A stretch of 64,000 nucleotides of DNA from Alphaproteobacteria bacterium (lineage in GTDB: Bacteria; Pseudomonadota; Alphaproteobacteria; GCA-2731375): contig CBDDBZ010000038.1 of assembly GCA_965225945.1 (NCBI GenBank), positions 224,001 through 288,000 on the forward strand. The letters are read 5' to 3'. Positions within the stretch are counted from its first letter, which is position 1; each line of letters begins with the position of its first letter. Shown one piece after another: positions 1-10,108 of the stretch. Below the pieces are notes generated by a model. That model was not told where the DNA came from. It worked only from the letters and a program-made list of their open reading frames with translations, and ran no database searches. The position numbers and the translations under genes are program-made.

Positions 1-32
1 GCGAGATTGCGCTCCATGGTGTCATAGATATT

Positions 33-1062
33 CCTGATTACGCACTAACCTCAGCCAATTTCAGGAGCCGATATGGCATGGGCGGCGTGCGCAGGGCATC
101 GCGGCCGAGGGCTTCGATCATGTCGGCGAGCCGGTAGCGGCGGTTGTATCGGTACTGGAACGCCGCCAGGTAGCGCGGCACATGCTTGGGTCGGATCGCA
201 TGGTAGGTACCGCGCAGGGTGTTTTTGAGGTTGCCGAGGGTGGTGTTGACCCATTTGAAGGCGGGCCCGGCGACGGCCCCGGGTCCGGAGCCGGTGGATA
301 TCGGATGATGCGCACAGCCCCGCGTGGTGACGGCGGTGAAGCAGTTGAGCCCGTCGCTGAAAACGCTCGCCCCAGGGCTCAGGTCGCGCTTGGCCATCTT
401 GGCGATCTCGCTCTTGCGGAAGCCCTTGACGCGGCGCAGCTTGATGCGCACGGGCTGGCCCTCCGCCGTGGTCTGGACGGCGGCGACGAACGGCGTCTTG
501 CCCGGCGCGCCCCGGCCGCGCTTGGCCCCGGAACGGCGGCCGCCGAGGTAGGCATCGTCCATCTCCACCCGCCCGGTGAGCGGCAATTTGGCGTCGCGCT
601 CGAGCATGGACTGCATCAGTTTCTGCTTGATCTTCCAGGCCGTGGTCTGGGTGACGCCGAGCCGCCGGCCGAGTTCGAGGGAGGAGATCCCTTTCTTCGA
701 TTGGGTCATGTGATAGATCGCCGAGAACCACAGGGTCAGCGCCAGCTTGGTCGCGTGGAAGAGCGTGCCGGCGGTCAGCGAGACTTGATGACGGCAGGCG
801 GCGCATTGGTAGAGTTTTCGCCCGGCGATCTCGCAATGGCGCGTGGCGCCACATCGGGGGCAGGAGAACCCCTCCGGCCAGCGCCAGCGGAACAGGGCCT
901 CGCGACACTGCTGCTCGGTACCGTACAACTCACGAAAACGCGGCTCGCTGAGCCCCTTCTGGAACTGAACCTTGTTGCGTGGCATTGTGAACCTCCAGAA
1001 AAACCACCAAATGTTCACGATTTGCACCACATCAATCCGGCTGAGTAAAGCGCGTAATCAGG
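33..1062 (-). mobile_element. IS1595-family insertion sequence
   Basis: Imperfect 24-bp terminal IRs (cctgattacgcactaacctcagcc at 33-56; ggctgagtaaagcgcgtaatcagg at 1039-1062) enclose a single transposase; flanks share gatatt. Confidence 0.9.
38..985 (-). CDS. IS1595-family transposase (Zn ribbon + DDE)
   Basis: CPRC..CAAC zinc ribbon, VEMDDAYLGG, FSDG and RYLAAFQYRYNRR motifs; start placed at MPRNKVQFQKG after a GGAGG RBS. Confidence 0.92.
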   Translation of the reverse strand: MPRNKVQFQKGLSEPRFRELYGTEQQCREALFRWRWPEGFSCPRCGATRHCEIAGRKLYQCAACRHQVSLTAGTLFHATKLALTLWFSAIYHMTQSKKGISSLELGRRLGVTQTTAWKIKQKLMQSMLERDAKLPLTGRVEMDDAYLGGRRSGAKRGRGAPGKTPFVAAVQTTAEGQPVRIKLRRVKGFRKSEIAKMAKRDLSPGASVFSDGLNCFTAVTTRGCAHHPISTGSGPGAVAGPAFKWVNTTLGNLKNTLRGTYHAIRPKHVPRYLAAFQYRYNRRYRLADMIEALGRDALRTPPMPYRLLKLAEVSA

Positions 1063-1202
1063 TGATATTTGCAGCCATCTCAGGAGTGGATTCTATCGTT
1101 GCCATTTCCCAGCCATCCCAAAGCAATCTGAATTAACAAATCTAAAAGAGTCTTGAACTCACTCGCGGGCAAGGCTCTTTAAAACGGCACCTGCGCGTGT
1201 GC

Positions 1203-1585
1203 GAGCTATGGCCGAAAGTTGGTGATGGCCTGACCAGGCGGCGTTTTGGATTTTCCTGATTCCGTCCTCAAACCTCACGCCTCGGATGACTTCGGCGAGC
1301 CGATTGGATCCATTGAGCCTGCGCCATTTCTTACGCGCGCTCAAGAGCAACTTGAAGACCGTGGCGAGCGCCGTCTTCCGGCTGAGGCAGCCCTTGGTCT
1401 TTTCGGTCCTGAGCCGCACCGTGGGACAAGTGCTCTCGATCGGGTTGGTCGTGCGCAGGTGGTTCCCGTGCTCGGTCGGAAACGCGTAGAAGGCGAGCCA
1501 AGCGAACTCGGTCTTGGCCAGGCAGGCGACCGGCTTGTCATACTCAGGCCGTAGGCCCGATGAAGAAGTCGAAGGCCGCCTCCAT
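1203..1585 (-). pseudogene. IS256-family transposase 3' fragment with right end
   Basis: HLRTTNPIES..VRLRTEKTKGCLS..KKWRRLNG motif, frameshifted; ends in an IS256-like terminus (..ccatagctc). Confidence 0.8.
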
Positions 1586-1872
1586 GATCCCTGCCAGTCG
1601 CGTCACCTTGCGGCCGCGCTCAAGTCGGGAAATTTTTTAGCTCTTGCTCGTTCGGAGAAAGTCTCGCAAAGCCGCCAGCAAACGCCTAAGCGCGCCGCGC
1701 GAGCTCCAAGTCTTCCGCAAGCTCGGCGGTGTCCTTGGCCTGCGACGTGCCCTCCAATGCAGCACTGGCGGTCTCCAGCCTTAACTGTAGCTCTTCCATC
1801 CCCTCTGGAATATAATTCGCCTCAAGAACATTGGTAGTGTCCTTCGTCGCTTCCTTCCCGGCATCAGCCCCA

Positions 1873-1917
1873 GAATGTCCGAAGCTGGGGGCAAACTCAC
1901 CGTCGAAGTGACAAGGC
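1873..1917 (+). repeat. Modular repeat unit S1 (GGGGCA core), cut by an IS110 remnant
   Basis: gaatgtccgaagctgggggcaaactcaccgtcgaagtgacaaggc aligns with 42706-42750. Confidence 0.7.
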
Positions 1918-2110
1918 TAGACCACATGTCCGGTTGAGTCCGGGGCGACCCGCCTCACGATATGCAGGCTTTCGAGGATTGCGTCGGATTGGCCGGCGCA
2001 GGGCCTCATGCATAGGAGACGAGTCATGAACGAGAATATCAGGTTTGTCGGTCTGGACGTGCACAAGTCGTCCACCCATGTGGCGGTCGCGGAGCGCGGC
2101 GGCGAGATGA
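1917..2110 (+). pseudogene. IS110-family left end plus 5' transposase fragment
   Basis: ATG at 2026 encodes MNENIRFVGLDVHKSSTHVAVAE (DEDD RuvC start) and then loses homology; preceded by a ~110-nt non-coding end starting at CTAG. Confidence 0.7.
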
Positions 2111-2239
2111 GGGAGCCCGGGCCAGCCGAGCCGACGCTATAGGGGTAATCTCGGTGAAGGTGAGGTAGCGTCAGAGTTTCGGGCACGGATCCGGACCCAG
2201 CCCACCTCAAAGCGGCGGGGCAACAGGAGGCGCGGCGTC

Positions 2240-2974
2240 ATGCGGTATGAACTCTACTATTGGCCATCGATCCAGGGCCGCGGCGAGTTCGTTCGCTTGG
2301 CCTTGGAAGCGGCCGGTGCCGACTACGTCGATGTGGCGAGAGGCGCGGAGGCACAAGGCGCCAGCATGTCCGCACTGCTCCGCTTGCTCGATGGCGAGAC
2401 GATTCCGCGTCCGCCCTTCGCGCCACCCTTCCTCAAGGCGGGCAAGCTCATGATGGGTCAAACCGCCAACATCCTCTTGTTCCTCGGGGCCCGCCATGGC
2501 CTAGCGCCGGCGAGCGAGGCGGGTCGATCGTGGGCCCATCAGCTGCAGCTCACGCTCGCCGATCTCGTAGGGGAGGTGCACGACACGCATCATCCGATCT
2601 CGAGCGGCCTCTATTACGAGGACCAGCGGAGGGAGGCCCGTGAGTGTGCCGCGGACTTTCTGGCGACGCGCGCTCCGAAATACCTCGGATACTTCGAGCA
2701 GGTCCTGGCGCGCAATCCCGCGGGCGAGCGGCATCTGATCGGGGCGAGGCTCAGCTATCCCGATCTCTCGCTGTTCCAGGTCGTGGCAGGGCTGCGTTTC
2801 GCCTTCCCACGGGCGATGGCGCGGCTCGAGGAGACCCATCCCCGAACCGTCGCCTTGCACGAGAGGATCGCAACACGGCGTCGCATCGCCGCCTATTTGG
2901 CCTCGGATCGTCGGATTGCCTTCAACGAGGACGGAATATTTCGCCACTACGAGGCGCTCGACTCCGAAACCTGA
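2240..2974 (+). CDS. Glutathione S-transferase family protein
   Basis: YELYYWPSIQGRGEFVRLALE, PFL..GQTANIL and LSYPDLSLF motifs; GGAGG RBS. Confidence 0.9.
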   Translation: MRYELYYWPSIQGRGEFVRLALEAAGADYVDVARGAEAQGASMSALLRLLDGETIPRPPFAPPFLKAGKLMMGQTANILLFLGARHGLAPASEAGRSWAHQLQLTLADLVGEVHDTHHPISSGLYYEDQRREARECAADFLATRAPKYLGYFEQVLARNPAGERHLIGARLSYPDLSLFQVVAGLRFAFPRAMARLEETHPRTVALHERIATRRRIAAYLASDRRIAFNEDGIFRHYEALDSET

Positions 2975-3080
2975 CCGCTGCCCCGCCTGGTTTTTCGTCG
3001 CGACGCTAACGCGTCGCATGGCCCGGCGGGCCGCGCGAGCGGCCATCGACAAAGAGCCGCGAGGGGGTCGGCGCGGGTGC

Positions 3081-4625
3081 TCATGAAACGGCGTAACGGC
3101 GGGCCGGGCGGCCCACGGCCATGAGGAACATGACCGACTTGCCGGCGGCATGGGGCGAGAAGAATTCCGTTACCTCGTCATCGAGGAAGGTGAGCCCCGT
3201 GGCTCCGCAGCCGAGCGCGTAGGCCGCCAGATAGACCTTGCCGCCCCGCATCCCCCCTTCGAGCTGGGCCGCGCGATAGCCACGCTCACCCAACCGTGCC
3301 ACCGCGCGCGGGAGGTCGGCGAGATAGTAGAGGTTGACGCTGGCCTCGCCCGCCAGTTCTTGTCCCAAGGCCAAATCTCGGGCAACCTCGCGGAACGCTC
3401 CCTCGCGCAGCAGCTCCAGGCCACCATGGCTCGCCACGTAGGCGTAAGTCCCGGCCGCAAGCCCGTCGACGGCGTTGACGATCAGGTAGAGGTCGCAAAG
3501 GGAGGCGCCGGGCGGGTTGAGAAAGTCGGCGGAGATGGCGCGGCTGGTCCGCGCCACGATCACCGAGAGTTGCGCGAAGGATATGCTCTCGTCGCTAAAT
3601 CGGCGGGTAGAGCCGCGCCGCCGGATCACCCTCTCCACCGCATCGGCGCGAAGCGCGTCGTCCCGGGCGCTCTCCAAGGGGAAGATCCTCCCTGGCGGCG
3701 AACCTGGCTCGCGCTCCAGCGCCACGCGCCACACCGCCGCCTCGCCGCCGGTGTTCAGGTTCGAGGCGGCGTGGGCGGCGGGGATCTCGGGGTAGGCCAC
3801 CTCGTGGCGGGAGAGCGGTTCCGTCGAGAGAGCGAGAGGCTCGAAGCGGGGCGCGGGCGTCGAGGGGGCCGGACCCCCGCGCCCGATCGCCAGCAGCGCC
3901 AGGGAAGCCTCCCTCGAGGCATCGACGTCGAGCAGACGGTTCACGGAATTATCGCCATAGCCGAGAACCACCTGGGCCGGAAGCTCGAGGGCGACCGCTT
4001 GGGCGAGAAGGTTGGCGATCATGCAGCCCGAGTCCCACCAGGCGTGGCGATAGGCCCGCGCCCGGTACTTCCAGGCGTTGCGCCACCAGGTGCTGGTCAG
4101 GACGAGCACCGCCGGCGCTTGTGCCACCGCGGGGTGAGCGCCGCTCGCCACGACGAGAGCTTGCCGGTAGTCGCCGGCCCGTAGCGGGCAGAGCGAGAAG
4201 TCCTCCGGCTGGAACTGATAAACGCCCGCCGATAGCCCGTCCAGGTCGGCCGAGACCAGGTAGACCTCGATGTGATAGAGCGCGCCGGTGCACGAGGCGG
4301 CGCGGAACGCCATCTCGCCCCCCGGGGTGCGCCGCCGTTTGGTGATGGCGACGGCGGACAGCAGATGGGCCAAGTCGTTCAGGCTGGGCACCCGATCGGC
4401 GCCGGGGCGCGCGCCCGCTTGCGCCAATGCCGCAAGTGCCGGAACGGCGCTTTCCGTCCATTCCCTCGGCAGCGGCTTGCGCGCCACGTCGGAATAGATC
4501 TTGAAGGGGCGCGGCATGTTCGCGAAGTCGAGCGAGTGGGGGTCCGCGTGGATGCGCTCCCAGGAGTGCTTGGTGGCTTCGTGGTAGTCCAGTGCCTTCA
4601 TCACCGACTCGCTCGATGGGGGCAT
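3081..4625 (-). CDS. SagB/ThcOx-family dehydrogenase (tandem nitroreductase domains)
   Basis: YHEATKHS..LDFANMPRPFKIY, RAASCTGALY, WKYRARAYR and IRRRGSTRRF motifs. Confidence 0.88.
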   Translation of the reverse strand: MPPSSESVMKALDYHEATKHSWERIHADPHSLDFANMPRPFKIYSDVARKPLPREWTESAVPALAALAQAGARPGADRVPSLNDLAHLLSAVAITKRRRTPGGEMAFRAASCTGALYHIEVYLVSADLDGLSAGVYQFQPEDFSLCPLRAGDYRQALVVASGAHPAVAQAPAVLVLTSTWWRNAWKYRARAYRHAWWDSGCMIANLLAQAVALELPAQVVLGYGDNSVNRLLDVDASREASLALLAIGRGGPAPSTPAPRFEPLALSTEPLSRHEVAYPEIPAAHAASNLNTGGEAAVWRVALEREPGSPPGRIFPLESARDDALRADAVERVIRRRGSTRRFSDESISFAQLSVIVARTSRAISADFLNPPGASLCDLYLIVNAVDGLAAGTYAYVASHGGLELLREGAFREVARDLALGQELAGEASVNLYYLADLPRAVARLGERGYRAAQLEGGMRGGKVYLAAYALGCGATGLTFLDDEVTEFFSPHAAGKSVMFLMAVGRPARRYAVS

Positions 4626-4862
4626 CCGTCTGCTTGAGATACTAGCGTCCCTTCCGGACCCTTTTTAAATCTGTGACTGAAGAGCGCATAAATCAACCCA
4701 GCTTGTCGCTCGTTCGCACTTCAATATTACGGACCGGCTAATGATGCAGTGGACGGCTCCTGCCATCGGCATCGCAATGTGCCAAATTGCGGTTGCTTTT
4801 GAGGAGCCACCTACCTGAAATTTTGTCCACACATTAGAAAGATGGAATGTCAACTCTTGGCT

Positions 4863-5020
4863 GAGGCTGTTGAAAAAGTCGGTCAAGCGCCCGCTCGGTG
4901 GCGTTCGGCGAAAGAAAAGAATCGGGGGAGGGCCTGATCTGGTGCCATCTTTCGTCGGGGTTGGCCGGCGCGCATCAATCTTTCGAGCGCGAGGACCCAA
5001 AATACTTTTTCAACAGCCTC
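4863..5020. mobile_element. 158-bp MITE (IS5/IS1182-type ends)
   Basis: Perfect 17-bp TIR gaggctgttgaaaaagt / actttttcaacagcctc; 4-bp direct repeat GGCT at 4859-4862 and 5021-5024; no transposase. Confidence 0.85.
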
Positions 5021-5470
5021 GGCTATCAATGACCGAATCGACCACCACGGCCCAACGGGGATTCTACCCCCAACATACGACATTCGAGCGGCGCTCACGG
5101 GCCAGGCGGCTCGATCCCGTACTTCGCCGCGAGGCCGTCGACGAGCCAGGCCAGCCCTGGCCCCTCGGCGCACCTACGGCGCCGCGCCCCGGCGGGTAGA
5201 GCAAGTTGTGCTCGGCGGCGCCGGGAGCGCCGAACTCGTGCTCGGCGAAGTCCCAGAGGTGGGGCAACGACGACCGACACATAGTCTCCGTGCGAGCCCA
5301 AAGTCAGCAACGGCCCCCGCCGGACAGAAATCTGGTCCAGCGATTCGCCCGGCTGGCCGCCGAGCCCCATCTCGAAGTCGGCACCGCGCGGCGCGATCAG
5401 GTGCACCTCCACGGATAGGCCCTCGGCGACGCTCCGGAGCCCGGAGAGCCACCTTCCGGCCCTCGGGTAG

Positions 5471-5968
5471 GGGGCTAAGGGATTCACACATCTTCATGGA
5501 GTGACCAACCCTGTTGCATGGCTTGGAACTGCTGCCAGCCGTTGTGCATGGTTATGGGGCCGGGAGGACGTTCGGACTTATAGCCGTTCCACCCGCCGAG
5601 ACGGGCGATGATCCAGGCGAGCCAGGCCAGTGTTCCCTCGCGATGGGGATTCTTTTGCTTCCGTGTCTTGCCTTCGAGCCTGTGCAGCAGCGTGCGCGCG
5701 AAGGGATGGAACTCGGGCGCCAAGACATCGCTGGCCGGACGCTTGAGCCGGCCGTCGCGGGCGAACACCAACTGCATGATTCGGATCGCCGCCACGAGCG
5801 CCATCGCCGCCAGGTTCATCAGGGCCTCGGCGCTCGTGAGCTGGCTGCTCTCGATGTTCAGGCCCTGGCGCTTGAGGGTGCGGAAGACTTGCTCGATATG
5901 CCAGCGCTGGCGATACCAGCCGACGATGCGCCATGCGTCTTCCGCGCTTTCGACCTCATGGGTGGTCA
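5471..5968 (-). pseudogene. IS4-family (IS50/Tn5-like) transposase C-terminal fragment
   Basis: YRQRWHIEQVFRTLK (YREK) and WIIARLGGW..PPG motifs; N-terminus missing. Confidence 0.85.
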
Positions 5969-6316
5969 TGCCCAACAACGCCCGACCGGCCGGACTCGTG
6001 GTGTCGACGCCCTGCCGGTCGAGGTAGAGGTCGACGCCGAGGGTACGGAGTGTCGCAAACAGCCCGACCAGCTGCCGCGGCGACCTCCCAAGGCGCCTGA
6101 CGTCGCTGGACCACTTCCCCTCCGGCGCCCCGCGGCCCGGCGCCAGAGGCGGTCGGGGGATATGACCAGCGGGTCGAAAGAGGGAACGACGGCCTCGCCG
6201 AGGCTCCCCAGCACGCGACTGGCGGTACCAGAGTATGTTCCTGGCGGCGAACGCCCCGACCGCGCGACGCGCGCCATCGTCCCCTGGCGCCGATCAGGAG
6301 ATCCAGGCGCCTTCAC
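5968..6316 (-). pseudogene. Degraded serine resolvase (catalytic domain)
   Basis: One frame reads RRLGRSPRQLVGLFATLRTLGVDLYLDRQGVDTTSPAGRALLGM, typical of resolvases; frameshifted upstream and cut by the IS4 fragment. Confidence 0.7.
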
Positions 6317-6345
6317 CGGGACGCGTATGGGAGCCGGTCGGCGGT

Positions 6346-6375
6346 CTTTCCCATTTCTAACCTTTAATGGGAAAG
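6346..6375. promoter_or_regulatory. Inverted repeat, putative recombinase binding or crossover site
   Basis: ctttcccatt-N10-aatgggaaag lies immediately upstream of the recombinase; a third half-site (aatgggaaagt) is at ~6444. Confidence 0.55.
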
Positions 6376-6392
6376 TCTGCTATCCTCGGCCT

Positions 6393-7025
6393 ATGGAAAA
6401 CAAGCCTCTATCACCCAAGTCGAAGCCCAGGCCGAACACCGTAAATGGGAAAGTCCCCCCGCCGCGTCGGCCGAACGCCGCGCGACGGCCGCGTGAATAT
6501 CTGACCGAGAAGGAAGTCGACCAGCTGATCGAGACGGCCCGCAAGCGGGGACGCCACGGGCATCGAGACTCGACGGCGATCCTCGTCGCCTACCGGCACG
6601 CGCTCCGCGTGTCGGAGCTCTGCTCGCTCCGATGGGACGCGATCGACCTCGAAAGCGGCCTCATGCACGTCCGGAGGCTCAAGAACGGCACGCCGAGCGT
6701 CCATCCCCTCCGTGGCGTCGAGATCCGCGCACTCCGGAGGCTCGAACGCGAGACGCCGGTCTCTCCCTACGTCTTCACGACCGAGCGCCGGGGGCCCATG
6801 ACCCCGGCGGGGTTCCGCAAGACCTTGGCGGCGATCGCCGAGGCCGCGTCCTTCCCCTTCCCGATCCATCCCCACATGCTTCGCCACTCCGCCGGATACA
6901 AGCTGGTGAACGACCGTGAGGACACCCGCTCCGTCCAGCACTACATGGGGCACAAGAACATCCAGCACACCGTGAGATACACGGAGCTCGCCACGGGTCG
7001 GTTCGACAGCTTCTGGGAGGACTGA
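6393..7025 (+). CDS. FimB/FimE-like tyrosine recombinase
   Basis: REYLTEKEV, RHALRVSEL, HPHMLRH and YMGHKNIQHTVRY motifs; catalytic domain only (210 aa); the longer ORF from 5514 is read-through. Confidence 0.88.
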   Translation: MENKPLSPKSKPRPNTVNGKVPPPRRPNAARRPREYLTEKEVDQLIETARKRGRHGHRDSTAILVAYRHALRVSELCSLRWDAIDLESGLMHVRRLKNGTPSVHPLRGVEIRALRRLERETPVSPYVFTTERRGPMTPAGFRKTLAAIAEAASFPFPIHPHMLRHSAGYKLVNDREDTRSVQHYMGHKNIQHTVRYTELATGRFDSFWED

Positions 7026-7297
7026 TCAGATGGGGCCTCGGACGGGCCTCGACGGCTGCGTGCGGTGTATCGATCCTTCCCGCTGGTCAACGGGGCCCGG
7101 AAGCGGAAAGGTCCCGGGGGCGCGTCTTCCTCTCCAAGACGACCCTGATCCTGGCCCAGGCCCCCGAGGCGCGGGCCAGGCGGGGATCATCCTCCACGAC
7201 GAGTCGCTGCGACGATCACCAACTCGGCGAGCTGATCACCGAGGCCGCCCCCTGGTCATCCCGCCGTGGATTCTGCTCGCCCTGAAATCACGATTCG

Positions 7298-7501
7298 CTA
7301 ACGCACAGGTGGATAATCCGCGTAAACCACCGGCTTGTCCTTGTAATAGGCTTCCCACGCCTCGACCGATGAGAATCCGTAGGGCACGAAGAGCCCCTGG
7401 CCGACCTCCCGGTAGCGCCCGACGAGTTGGTCGTCGGTTATCCGTCCCGTCCTGAGGCGAACCTCGAAAAGGAAATCCCGGAACTTACCCATCCGTGCCA
7501 T
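7298..7501 (-). CDS. Small hypothetical protein
   Basis: 67-aa ORF overlapping the end of the terS-like gene. Confidence 0.45.
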   Translation of the reverse strand: MARMGKFRDFLFEVRLRTGRITDDQLVGRYREVGQGLFVPYGFSSVEAWEAYYKDKPVVYADYPPVR

Positions 7502-8051
7502 CCTTGACCGCGTCGATCTTCTCGATGAGCTCGATCAGCAACGTCTGCTCCGCCTCGTCGAGCGCCATGATATCGGACGGGTCCAGGACCGCCACGGCGT
7601 GCAGGTGGGCGTGACGGTGGTCGACATCCCCGCTGTGCTCGACGCGTTGTCGATCGGACCACTCGGGGTTCAGGCGCGAGGCGACCCGCAACAGCAGGCG
7701 GTTGTCGTATTCCTCGATGTAGTCCTTGAGCTCGCCCCGCGAGAAGACGGGCCGCCGGGTCGGGGTCATGGCGCGTCGCATGATCTCGGTCTCGACACGG
7801 GCGAGCGCCGCCTCCATGGCGCGCTCCCAGGCCATCGCGAATCTGGGGTCCCGCTTTCGCTCGTCGCGGAAGGTGCTGAGGCCGCCGTGCTCCCCGGTCG
7901 CCCAGGGGGTGGCCGCCTGGGCGGCGGCCACGGTGGAGCCGGTCTCCGCTAGCGTGTCGAGGAAGACCTTCTTGCGCTCGGCGGTCAGGGTATGTTGCCG
8001 GGCCGGTGGCGCTGGAGACGCGGCTTGCAAAGTACGTTTCTCCCGGTCCAA
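7485..8051 (-). CDS. Terminase small subunit-like protein
   Basis: FLDTLAETG helix-turn-helix, DPRFAMAWERA..E..RRA and YDNRLL..VEHSG pattern of phage TerS-like proteins. Confidence 0.65.
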   Translation of the reverse strand: MDREKRTLQAASPAPPARQHTLTAERKKVFLDTLAETGSTVAAAQAATPWATGEHGGLSTFRDERKRDPRFAMAWERAMEAALARVETEIMRRAMTPTRRPVFSRGELKDYIEEYDNRLLLRVASRLNPEWSDRQRVEHSGDVDHRHAHLHAVAVLDPSDIMALDEAEQTLLIELIEKIDAVKDGTDG

Positions 8052-8265
8052 GTCGTAGTGATATTATGTATTATTCGGCTTTCCTAGTAAAGTAGAATTA
8101 TTGGAATCTTAAGGCTTACCGTCATCGCTTCGAAGATCTCGCGCGCGAAAGGATCATCGCGCGGGCCGCGCGGCCGAGTGTCTGTACGACACCGCGGTCG
8201 GTGGGCTCCTGCCGGAAAGAACGAGGTGCCAAATGACGGCGCAAATGCCACTCTCTGGGGACGGA

Positions 8266-8387
8266 CCGGAGCCAGTGGAGCCGGCTCCAGAGCATTGTTT
8301 CATTATTGGGGAATGCCATGAGGAGAGGAGCAGAAGGGAAAGGATATAGGAAAACAATAGGACGGTGCCGGCTCCACCGGCTCCAGG
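8266..8387. other. Putative satellite/plasmid replication origin remnant
   Basis: GGWGCC/GGCWCC iterons and palindromes around a purine-rich core; homologous to the reverse complement of 38144-38237. Confidence 0.4.
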
Positions 8388-8519
8388 TGTGGAACGGCGT
8401 GCAAAGTTGACCCCTGTGCCATGAGGAGAGGAGCAGAAGGGAAAGGATATAGGAAAACAATAGGACGGTGCCGGCTCCACCGGCTCCAGGTGTGGAACGG
8501 CGTGCAAAGTTGACCCCTG
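8314..8519 (+). repeat. Exact 103-bp tandem duplication including the first 29 bp of IS21
   Basis: 8314-8416 is identical to 8417-8519. Confidence 0.9.
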
Positions 8520-8596
8520 TTGAGGGGTGATCGGCGTCCCCCCTGAGCCTGGCTAGTCCAAGTCACCTCGTTTTTGGGCGGACGAGGTGGTGGGGG

Positions 8597-10108
8597 ATGT
8601 TGGTCGTGGAGACGATAGCGCGGATCCGGCGGGAGTATTTCGTCAAGGGGAAGCCGATCAAGGAGATCGTGCGGGACGTGAAGGTCTCGGGCAACACGGT
8701 GCGCAAGGTGATCCGTTCGCAGGCGACGGCGTTCACCTACGACCGGCGGGTCCAGCCGATGCCGAAGCTGGGGCCGTGGACGGCCGAGCTGGAGCGGATG
8801 CTGGAGGCCAACGAGACCAAGTCGAAGCGGGAGCGGCTGACGCTGCTACGGATCTCCGAAGCCCTCGAGGGTCTGGGCTATGGCGGCGGCTACGACGCGG
8901 TGCGGCGCTACGCCAAGGCGTGGCGGTGGCGCCGTTCGGCATCGACGGCGCAGACCTATGTGCCGTTGGTGTTCTCGCCGGGCGAGGCCTATCAGTTCGA
9001 CTGGAGCCACGAGTACGTGGTGCTGGCGGGGGTGACGACCAAGGTCAAGGTCGCGCACGTCCGGCTGTGCCACAGCCGAATGTTCTTCGTCCGCGCTTAT
9101 CCGCGCGAGAGCCAGGAGATGGTGTTCGACGCCCACGACCGGGCATTCCGGCTGTTCCAGGGTGCCTGCCGGCGAGGCATCTACGACAACATGAAGACGG
9201 CGGTGCAGACCGTCCTCATCGGCAAGGAGCGCGCGTTCAACCGGCGCTTCGTGCAGATGTGTGGCCACTACCTGGTCGAACCGACAGCATGCACGCCGGG
9301 AGCGGGATGGGAGAAGGGGCAGGTCGAGAACCAGGTCGGGATCATCCGCGGTCGGTTCTTCACCCCGCGGCTGCGCTTCAAGACCTACGACGAGCTCAAC
9401 GCCTGGCTCTTGGACCAGTGCGTCGCCTACGCCCGGCGTCATCCCCACCCGGTGTTCAAGGACAGGACTGTCTGGCAGGTGTTCGAGGACGAGCGTCCGT
9501 CCCTGGTCGGCTATCGCGGGCCGTTCGACGGCTTCCACGCGGTCCCGGCGTCGGTGTCGAAGACCTGCCTGGTGCGCTTCGACAGCAACAAGTACAGCGT
9601 GGCGGCGCGCGCCGTCGGCCGTCCGGTCGAGGTCCATGCCTACGCCGATCGCATCGTCATCCGCCAGGACGGCGAGATCGTCGCCGAGCATGCCCGGCGC
9701 TTCGGCCGCGACCAGACCGTCTATGACCCGTGGCACTACGTGCCCGTGCTGGCGAGGAAGCCCGGTGCGCTTCGTAACGGCGCGCCGTTCAAGGACTGGG
9801 CGCTGCCCGGCGCCCTGGGTCGCGTGCGCGTCCGGCTCGCCGGCCACGACGACGGCGACAGGCAGATGGTCGAGATCCTCACCGCCGTGCTGGCGGATGG
9901 GCTGGCGGCGGTGGAGGCCGCCTGTGCCGAGGCGCTCGCTGGCGGCGTGTGCAGCGCCGACGTCGTGCTCAACATCCTCAATCGTCGGCGCCAGCCGTCC
10001 GAGACGGCGCCGATCCCGACGCCCGCGAACCTGCGTCTTCGCTTTGAGCCGGTGGCCGATTGCACCCGCTACGACCGCTTGAGGGGGGTCGGCCATGGAG
10101 CGCCATGA
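8597..10108 (+). CDS. istA: IS21 transposase IstA
   Basis: [15 protein letters not shown] and EKGQVE DDE motifs. Confidence 0.95.
   Translation: MLVVETIARIRREYFVKGKPIKEIVRDVKVSGNTVRKVIRSQATAFTYDRRVQPMPKLGPWTAELERMLEANETKSKRERLTLLRISEALEGLGYGGGYDAVRRYAKAWRWRRSASTAQTYVPLVFSPGEAYQFDWSHEYVVLAGVTTKVKVAHVRLCHSRMFFVRAYPRESQEMVFDAHDRAFRLFQGACRRGIYDNMKTAVQTVLIGKERAFNRRFVQMCGHYLVEPTACTPGAGWEKGQVENQVGIIRGRFFTPRLRFKTYDELNAWLLDQCVAYARRHPHPVFKDRTVWQVFEDERPSLVGYRGPFDGFHAVPASVSKTCLVRFDSNKYSVAARAVGRPVEVHAYADRIVIRQDGEIVAEHARRFGRDQTVYDPWHYVPVLARKPGALRNGAPFKDWALPGALGRVRVRLAGHDDGDRQMVEILTAVLADGLAAVEAACAEALAGGVCSADVVLNILNRRRQPSETAPIPTPANLRLRFEPVADCTRYDRLRGVGHGAP

Noticed and set aside
3081-4625. TOMM/RiPP biosynthetic cluster
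   Set aside because: The SagB-like gene is alone; no YcaO, precursor peptide or transporter is nearby.
4736-4812. Possible IS1111-type left-end remnant (tggacggctcc..ggagcc) following a CTAAT
   Set aside because: No transposase sequence follows, so the resemblance cannot be confirmed by eye.
5514-6392. N-terminal extension of a 503-aa recombinase
   Set aside because: It is antisense read-through of the IS4 and resolvase fragments; homology starts at ATG 6393.
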